Positions 57,920-64,000 of a DNA stretch of 64,000 nt are shown here, piece after piece. A program made the position numbers and the translations under genes. Positions within the stretch are counted from its first letter, which is position 1, and each line of letters starts with the position of its first letter. Origin of the DNA: Candidatus Saccharimonadales bacterium. GTDB lineage: Bacteria; Patescibacteriota; Saccharimonadia; UBA4664; SCTI01. The DNA is taken from NCBI GenBank assembly GCA_035479795.1, contig DATIII010000002.1, forward strand, positions 84,034 to 148,033, written 5' to 3'. The notes beneath the pieces are model-generated. The model was not told the DNA's origin, made no database searches, and saw only the letters and a program-made list of their open reading frames with translations.

Positions 57920-59671
57920 ATGCAAAACGTCTTCAAGGTCCTGGGTTACGTCAAACACATTTGGCGACAGATCGCCTTGGTCGCAGCCATCAGTATTTTC
58001 ACCACTGCCCTGTCAGCTATCCAGCCATATGGCTACAAGTTGATCGTCGACGAGCTGGTTAAAACCGCCAGCAATCATCGAACCGATTCAAAGTTAATTT
58101 GGCTGGCCATCGGTGCCCTGCTAGTGCTCCGGGTGGTTTCTTCGATTGCCAATTATTTTTCCAGCCTACTTGGCAACCGCGTCTATTCTCAAGTATTCAT
58201 TAGCCTCCGCGATAGTGTTTTTCGGCGATTAACTACCCTTTCGCTCGATTATTTTGAAAAGAATCGGACTGGCGAGATCATGCAGCGCGCTAGTGGCAAT
58301 GTGGCCGAATTGGCGAACTGGGTTTACTCCACCGCCGACGGCTTTTTAAGCATGAATCTAACCATTATATTTGCCTTGGTTCTAATATTCGTTGTCGATT
58401 GGCGGGCCGGCATTGTCATGAGCATTGCCGTGGCCTTATTTATGGCCCAGCAGGTCCCCACCTTGCGACAAACCCGGCCGATGGGTAAAAAAAGCCGGGA
58501 AGAAATGGAGCGGGCCGGCGGTTATTTGCAGGAAACCATCACCCATATTCATACCGTGCGTAGCTTTGGCGGCGAACCGGGCGCCATTGCCAACCACCTT
58601 GAGGCCATTAAATCCTGGCGCCAGCTGCAATACGATCGGTTGGTTATATTACAGCGCAGCATTCTCTTCCGGCAGCTGACAAATAGTGTGGCCATCATCA
58701 TTACCTTTGGCATTATTACCCTAGGCGCCCTGAATGGCACTCACACGGCTGGCGACATTCTGCTGGTCTCACTCTACCTCCAGCAGATCACCCAAAACAT
58801 CTGGTCACTCGGCCGGTTTATCGTCCAGACCAATGAAATCGACATTACCGCCGAGCGGATCGTGGGCATGCTGGAGATCAAACCGACAGTCGTGGATGGC
58901 CCGGACGCGCGGGAATTGACCGAACTAAAAACGATTATGTTCAAGGACGTTAGCTTCCACTACCCAGGCAAGCGGCGTAAGGTACTGCAAAATATTAATT
59001 TCCAGATTGATCCCGGGCAGAGTCTGGCTCTGGTCGGGCCCAGCGGTACCGGCAAGACCACCATTACCAAGCTGCTGCTGCGATTCTATGAGCCGACGGA
59101 CGGTGAAATTTTAATCAACGATGAACCGATTAGAAACTTCACCCAGGATTCAATTCGCGAAAAGATGGGTGTGGTTATGCAGGACGTAGCCCTCTTTAAT
59201 GACACCGTGGAAGCCAATCTTAAATTAGCCCAGCCCGAGGCCACTCACGCCGACGTCATCCGGGCTGCCGAGCAGGCCCACGCCAATGTGTTTATCGAAA
59301 AGCTGCCAGAAAAATACAAAGCCCTCGTTGGTGAACGAGGGGTTAAGCTTTCCGGCGGTGAAAAACAACGGGTGGCGATTGCCCGGGCCATTTTAAAGAA
59401 TCCTCAACTGATTATTCTCGATGAGGCTACTAGCGCCTTGGATAGCGAGTCTGAGCATCACGTTCAAGCCGGCTTAAGCGAGTTAATGGAGGGTCGCTCT
59501 TCCGTCATCATCGCTCATCGACTCTCCACAGTTATGAAAGCCGATCAAATATTAGTGCTAAAAGATAATAAAATAGTCGAACGCGGTACTCACACCGATC
59601 TCGCCGACAAATCTGGCGGGCTGTATGCCAAGCTATTTAAGCTCCAGACCGAAGGGTTTGTTAAAGCTTAG
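57920..59671 (+). CDS. ABC exporter (fused TMD-NBD, MsbA/Atm1-like)
   Basis: TM domain, GPSGTGKT, LSGGEKQR, LDEATSALD, IAHRL. Confidence 0.95.
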   Translation: MQNVFKVLGYVKHIWRQIALVAAISIFTTALSAIQPYGYKLIVDELVKTASNHRTDSKLIWLAIGALLVLRVVSSIANYFSSLLGNRVYSQVFISLRDSVFRRLTTLSLDYFEKNRTGEIMQRASGNVAELANWVYSTADGFLSMNLTIIFALVLIFVVDWRAGIVMSIAVALFMAQQVPTLRQTRPMGKKSREEMERAGGYLQETITHIHTVRSFGGEPGAIANHLEAIKSWRQLQYDRLVILQRSILFRQLTNSVAIIITFGIITLGALNGTHTAGDILLVSLYLQQITQNIWSLGRFIVQTNEIDITAERIVGMLEIKPTVVDGPDARELTELKTIMFKDVSFHYPGKRRKVLQNINFQIDPGQSLALVGPSGTGKTTITKLLLRFYEPTDGEILINDEPIRNFTQDSIREKMGVVMQDVALFNDTVEANLKLAQPEATHADVIRAAEQAHANVFIEKLPEKYKALVGERGVKLSGGEKQRVAIARAILKNPQLIILDEATSALDSESEHHVQAGLSELMEGRSSVIIAHRLSTVMKADQILVLKDNKIVERGTHTDLADKSGGLYAKLFKLQTEGFVKA

Positions 59672-59702
59672 TCGCGTACTCAAAGAAACTTAAATTGGGA
59701 TA

Positions 59703-59735
59703 CTGCCCCAGGAACCTCCTTGGTTCCTGGGGCAG
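59703..59735. terminator. Perfect 14-bp hairpin between convergent genes
   Basis: CTGCCCCAGGAACC-TCCTT-GGTTCCTGGGGCAG. Confidence 0.7.
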
Positions 59736-59759
59736 CTGGATACAACTCCCGTTGGGTGG

Positions 59760-60380
59760 CTAGCCGCCGAGCTTCTGCAGCTTGGCCAGGAAGCCCGACT
59801 TGGGCTTCGGGGCCGGGTCGCCTGCCGGCCGGGACCGGATGGGTTCCGGCTCGGGCTCGACTGCCCTCCGGGGCCGAGCCGCAGGGGGCGGCTCCGTCGT
59901 CCGGATGTCGTCGAGGATCAGGCGCTGCCGCGGGCCGCGAAGGCGGTCTGCGATTTCAGCATCCTCCCGAGCGCGACGACTGCGTTCTGCCTCAAGCGAG
60001 GCGTGCTGGTCCTCCAACCTAATGAGCTCAGCTTCGAGCTCATTGAAGGTCCGTGTCGCAGCGATAGCCGCATTCTCGGCGGCCGCCACCTCTTCCCGCT
60101 TTGAGAGAATCCTCTCGCGCAGGCTTGGAGCCGGAGCGGGATCAGCCGCCGGGGCGGCCGGCGTGACGAACGCGAAATCCGCTCCGGGGAAAGCCGGAGC
60201 TGCAGCCACGGGAGCCGGCCCAGGTGTCGGTGCGGCAGCCGGAGCGGGCTCCGGCTGGGCGGCCACAGGGGCCGCAGCGGGTGCCGAAGCCCCCGAGTCG
60301 TTGTCGGGCACAGGGATGGAAACGGCAGCGTCTGCTGTCGCCTCGGCCTCGGCCACGATCGCTTCGATGTCGCTCGACAT
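59760..60380 (-). CDS. Pro/Ala-rich disordered protein with coiled coil and C-terminal amphipathic helix
   Basis: AGGAGG SD, AP repeats, a heptad-like region, and the ending GFLAKLQKLGG. Confidence 0.75.
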   Translation of the reverse strand: MSSDIEAIVAEAEATADAAVSIPVPDNDSGASAPAAAPVAAQPEPAPAAAPTPGPAPVAAAPAFPGADFAFVTPAAPAADPAPAPSLRERILSKREEVAAAENAAIAATRTFNELEAELIRLEDQHASLEAERSRRAREDAEIADRLRGPRQRLILDDIRTTEPPPAARPRRAVEPEPEPIRSRPAGDPAPKPKSGFLAKLQKLGG

Positions 60381-60388
60381 CAGCCCTC

Positions 60389-61318
60389 CTAGTCGTTGAC
60401 CAGCAGGCCGAGTTCAGCCCGCTTCTCGTTTTTCAGGATCTCCGCCCTGGCCTTGATTTCCCTGGCCTTGGCGGGGTACTTCGCGATCTGGCCGGCAATG
60501 GCCAGATCGAACTCCTTGACCCACTCCACGAACGCCTCCTTGCGGGCGACGTGCTTGGGATGGGTCTCGAGGTGCTGAGCCACGAGCCGCACCAGAAGGT
60601 ACGGCACATCCGCGATGCCCGACACCAGGTTCTCCCAGATGTCGGAACGAGAGTCGAAGAACGCATCTTCGCTCTCAAACCGCGGATCGCCGCAGATGAT
60701 GCACCTCGACGAGGCGCTCGCGGCAAACGACAACTGGCCCATGAGCCGGATGCGTGCGTTGAGGCAATCCCGGCAAAAACGCGGGAAAGGCGACGTGCGC
60801 ACATCCTTGCGCTGACCGCGCCTGCGAACATCCCGAGGATTGGCGATCACGTTGTGATCGCACACCCCGAGGTATTCGTAGTAGCCCTGCTGGCTCTCCT
60901 GGGCCATCGAGACCTTGGGATCGGGCGGGTTCCAGGTCGGCAGCGCCGCCTGATCCGTCTCCACCTGCTGATCGATGTCCATGAGAAGCGTCAGGTCCTG
61001 GCGAACGATCGCCTCCAGCTCGGGGTCGATCTCGGTCGAGCCGTTGACCTTCCCCTGCCGGCGAAGTGCCGGATAGGCAGTGGCGAAGTACACGGGCTTG
61101 ATGCCCCTGAGCCCTTGCGCCACGAAGCCACCCAGCAGCTTGTCGATTGTGACCTTCCGAGAAGCCTCGGACTCCAGCTTCGCGAACTCTTCGGGAGAGA
61201 TCTTGGAGCCCTCCTTCAAGCCCGAGCGCTCGAGAATGTCAGCCATCTGCTCGATGGTCAGCCCCACATCAGGGGCCACCTTGCGAGCCAGACGGTTTCC
61301 GGTTGCCGTGGTCGGCAT
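60389..61318 (-). CDS. Hypothetical protein with putative Zn-binding motifs
   Basis: GGAGG SD before ATG 61318. CDH, CRDC and CIIC motifs. GC-rich codons. Confidence 0.78.
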   Translation of the reverse strand: MPTTATGNRLARKVAPDVGLTIEQMADILERSGLKEGSKISPEEFAKLESEASRKVTIDKLLGGFVAQGLRGIKPVYFATAYPALRRQGKVNGSTEIDPELEAIVRQDLTLLMDIDQQVETDQAALPTWNPPDPKVSMAQESQQGYYEYLGVCDHNVIANPRDVRRRGQRKDVRTSPFPRFCRDCLNARIRLMGQLSFAASASSRCIICGDPRFESEDAFFDSRSDIWENLVSGIADVPYLLVRLVAQHLETHPKHVARKEAFVEWVKEFDLAIAGQIAKYPAKAREIKARAEILKNEKRAELGLLVND

Positions 61319-61579
61319 TGAACCTCCAGGTTGGAGAGAGATTCGCCAGTCGTAGGTCGGCGACACCTTCTAGGGATCGCCTTCCGGCGACGGGTTACTA
61401 CTCGTCTCTTAGAGGAGACGACCGGTTACAGCATGTTTCGGGTGTGTATCCAAGGCCTTTTAAGGGCCTTTGGGTACGAAACTTTATCTAGATTTCAAAC
61501 TCCAACAGATGAGAAATGGGTTCCTCAAGTGCAATGGAGTATATTAGCATAATTACTTTAAAAAGTCAATGGATAGCGC

Positions 61580-61909
61580 TTACGGTTTGCCATCCGAAGA
61601 ATCACCTTTAATCAGCCGGCTAATATGGCTGGCGTGCTCACCGCCCAGATCATGCTGGAATGTAAGCTTAGGCGTAAACTTGGTTTCCAGCCCGCCAGCC
61701 ACCGCCGCCTGTATCTCGCCACGATAGTCTTCAATAGCCTTAAACAGTGACTCGTCACCCACAATTCCAATCCATACCGTCGCCTGGCGTATATCAGGTG
61801 TGACATCAACCCGCGTCACGGTATAGCGGCCAGATTCGGGCAGCCGGGCCATCTCACCGGCCACAATCTGTTTCACTAAACTTGAGACTTTGCGAATGCG
61901 CTCGCTCAC
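61580..61909 (-). CDS. rbfA: Ribosome-binding factor A
   Basis: ERIRKV, TVTRVDVTPD, KFTPKLTF..D. Follows infB. Confidence 0.9.
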   Translation of the reverse strand: MSERIRKVSSLVKQIVAGEMARLPESGRYTVTRVDVTPDIRQATVWIGIVGDESLFKAIEDYRGEIQAAVAGGLETKFTPKLTFQHDLGGEHASHISRLIKGDSSDGKP

Positions 61910-63672
61910 AGGCTTCGGGCCTTCTCCTCTGTCGTGTAGAATTCTAGCCGGTCATCAATCTGGATCTTCACATCAGTCGTCAGGTTCATGCCACATTGCT
62001 CGCCTTCCACGGCCTCCTTCACCACGTTCTGTTCTTTCTGCACATTATCGACTTTACCGGTGCCAATCACCTGCTTGTCGCGCAGAATGCGCACCTGAGC
62101 GTTGGCCGTCACCTTACCCGTGGTTACCTCGCCGCCGCAAATCACATGTGTCTTGGTGGTCTTGAACACGCCGAGCACCTTGAGCTTACCCATTTCGTGC
62201 TCAATAATCTCTGGCTTCATCATCTGGCTCAGAGCGTCTCGCAGATCGTCTAGCAGCTCGTAAATAACCTTATAAAGACGGATTTGCAGGTGCTCACGGT
62301 TAGCCAACTGCTTCACGACTGATCCCATGGACACATTAAAGCCCAGGATCATGGCATTACCGGCCTTGGCAAAGGTCACGTCAGACTCCGAGATATCACC
62401 GATGCCGCTCTGCACCACCTTAATGGCCACCTCCTCATTCTTCAGCCCAGCTAGACTGTCTAGCAGAGACTCCAGTGAACCTTGTACATCAGCCTTCACC
62501 ACCACGTTCAGTTCGCTGACGTTCCCAGCCGTAATGGCGCTGGTCAGCTCGGCCGCATCAATCTTCTTCACCTTCACCATGCTTTTAATCGACGCCTGAC
62601 GCTGGCTACCAACTGCCAGATCGCGAGCTTCCTTTTCAGTTTCCACAGCCTTGAAGACATCGCCAAAGGCTGGCACCGCCTTAAAGCCAGTCACCACCGC
62701 CGGCATACCCGGGTCGGCCCGGCGGATTCGTTTGCCATGCCAATCGTCTAAGCTACGCACCTTGGCGTAGGTACCACCAGCCCCAATATAATCACCCACC
62801 TTCAGCTGACCGTTTTGAACCAGCACCGTGGCCACCGGTCCGCGACCGGTTTCAAGATGGGATTCAATAATCATGCCATCAGCCAGACCATCCGGACGAG
62901 CTCGCAGATCCTCAAGATCAGCCACCAGCAGCACCATATCGAGTAGCTTTTCGAGATTCTGGCCTGATTTAGCTGAGACATCAACCATCACTGTCTTGCC
63001 ACCCCACTCTTCAGGGATTAACTGCATATCTGATAATTCCTGCCGTACGCGGTTAGTATCGGCGCCCTCTTTATCAACCTTGTTGATCGCCACCACCATC
63101 TGCACCCCGGCTTCTTGAGCGTGCTTGATGGCTTCCTTGGTCTGGGGCTTCACGCCGTCATCAGCGGCCACCACAATAATGGCCACGTCGGTCATGCGAG
63201 CACCGTGAGCGCGGATGGCCGAAAAGGCTTCATGCCCGGGGGTATCGAGGAAGGTAATCCAGCGCTCGCCGCGCTTAATCTGGTAGGCGCCAATGTGCTG
63301 AGTAATACCCCCTGATTCGCCGGCCGCTACTTCGGTTTTGCGAATGGCATCGAGCAGCGAAGTTTTACCATGATCGACATGGCCCATGACAGCTACCACT
63401 GGCGGCCGATTAGTGCCTTCACCCTCTGGCAGCTTTTCCTTAACTGGAGCCGCCACTTCCGCCACCGGCTCGGCGACTACTTCAAACCCCAAATCACTGC
63501 CAATTATCGAAGCCGTATCAAAATCGATCTGCTCATTAATGGTGGCCATGACGCCATTCTTCATCAGCTCGCCGATCACCTTGGTAACCGGCACACCCAG
63601 CTTTTCGGCGAACTCACCCACACCAATGATTGGTGCAATCTCAACTTTGGATTTTTCGGTGGTTTCTGCCAT
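61906..63672 (-). CDS. infB: Translation initiation factor IF-2 (short)
   Basis: RPPVVAVMGHVDHGKTSLLD, DTPGHEAF, KADVQGS. Confidence 0.98.
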   Translation of the reverse strand: MAETTEKSKVEIAPIIGVGEFAEKLGVPVTKVIGELMKNGVMATINEQIDFDTASIIGSDLGFEVVAEPVAEVAAPVKEKLPEGEGTNRPPVVAVMGHVDHGKTSLLDAIRKTEVAAGESGGITQHIGAYQIKRGERWITFLDTPGHEAFSAIRAHGARMTDVAIIVVAADDGVKPQTKEAIKHAQEAGVQMVVAINKVDKEGADTNRVRQELSDMQLIPEEWGGKTVMVDVSAKSGQNLEKLLDMVLLVADLEDLRARPDGLADGMIIESHLETGRGPVATVLVQNGQLKVGDYIGAGGTYAKVRSLDDWHGKRIRRADPGMPAVVTGFKAVPAFGDVFKAVETEKEARDLAVGSQRQASIKSMVKVKKIDAAELTSAITAGNVSELNVVVKADVQGSLESLLDSLAGLKNEEVAIKVVQSGIGDISESDVTFAKAGNAMILGFNVSMGSVVKQLANREHLQIRLYKVIYELLDDLRDALSQMMKPEIIEHEMGKLKVLGVFKTTKTHVICGGEVTTGKVTANAQVRILRDKQVIGTGKVDNVQKEQNVVKEAVEGEQCGMNLTTDVKIQIDDRLEFYTTEEKARSL

Positions 63673-63674
63673 TT

Positions 63675-63869
63675 CTACCTCTTTTTACCGCTTAAAAGTT
63701 TGGCGGCACATTCATCACTATCAGTGTAAGCCCCGCGGCCCGGCAGCTTGCTCGATTCGTCGCGCTGCCAACCCTCATCCGTCCGGACCCAGCGCATAAG
63801 CTCGACCTTGGGTCGACGGGTCCGGCAAATTTTACACTGCCGCACCGGAATGTGAACGGCACCGAGCAC
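63675..63869 (-). CDS. YlxR/DUF448 family RNA-binding protein
   Basis: HIPVRQCKICR...KVELMR...GRGAY. Upstream of infB. Confidence 0.88.
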   Translation of the reverse strand: MLGAVHIPVRQCKICRTRRPKVELMRWVRTDEGWQRDESSKLPGRGAYTDSDECAAKLLSGKKR

Positions 63870-63874
63870 GTGGC

Positions 63875-64000
63875 TTACTCCTTATCTTCGCTATCAGCTT
63901 TCGCCTTGGTCTTAGACTTGGTCTTTAGGCTCAAGGAAAGCTTATGGGCATCGGGGTCGACTGCGATGATCCGAAACTTCTTCTTATCGCCCATCTTCAC
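63875..64000 (-). CDS. C-terminal end of an S1-domain protein (probably ribosomal protein S1), partial
   Basis: Reads VKMGDKKKFRIIAVDPDAHKLSLSLK...KE*, a typical S1 domain ending. Confidence 0.65.
   Translation of the reverse strand: MKMGDKKKFRIIAVDPDAHKLSLSLKTKSKTKAKADSEDKE

Noticed and set aside
59782-61321. Plus-strand ORFs 59782..60399 and 60224..61321
   Set aside because: The minus-strand ORFs have the SD sequences, promoter and codon bias, so these are likely shadows.
1-64000. CRISPR array, tRNA, rRNA, transposase, integron attC sites, inteins
   Set aside because: None recognised by eye. The hairpins ending the GC-rich units share no common sequence, and protein lengths leave no room for inteins.

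Overview
Core-genome segment of a small-genome bacterium, most likely Patescibacteria/CPR (Saccharibacteria-like). This is inferred from the compact housekeeping genes, class I LysRS, type 2 IleRS, short IF2 and ProRS, a sortase, and the lack of central metabolic genes. Most genes lie on the minus strand: secA, hpf, serS, lysS, greA, mrdA-mreDCB, proS, rseP, uppS-frr-tsf-rpsB, htrA, LCP, parAB, sortase plus LAPTG substrate, rplU, rodA, ileS, nrdJ-nrdR, ftsZA, map-adk-dgkA-ybeY-yqeY-rpsU, hisS, rel, recJ, secDF and rbfA-infB-ylxR. Plus-strand genes include rpmE-prfA-prmC, lepB, priA-def-fmt and an ABC exporter. Main non-routine signals: (1) a ~410-nt rod-like, 6S/Ms1-like RNA between a winged-helix gene and recJ; (2) a 14-bp motif shared between the 3' flank of that RNA and an attenuated greA leader; (3) an actinobacterial-type, short-stem-I T-box upstream of ileS; (4) GC-rich, SD-led orphan units, including a paralogous pair and a B12-dependent nrdJ, set among apparently leaderless core genes; (5) a probable CTG start for rpsU. 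No rRNA, tRNA, CRISPR array or transposase was recognised. All structures and alignments were judged by eye.
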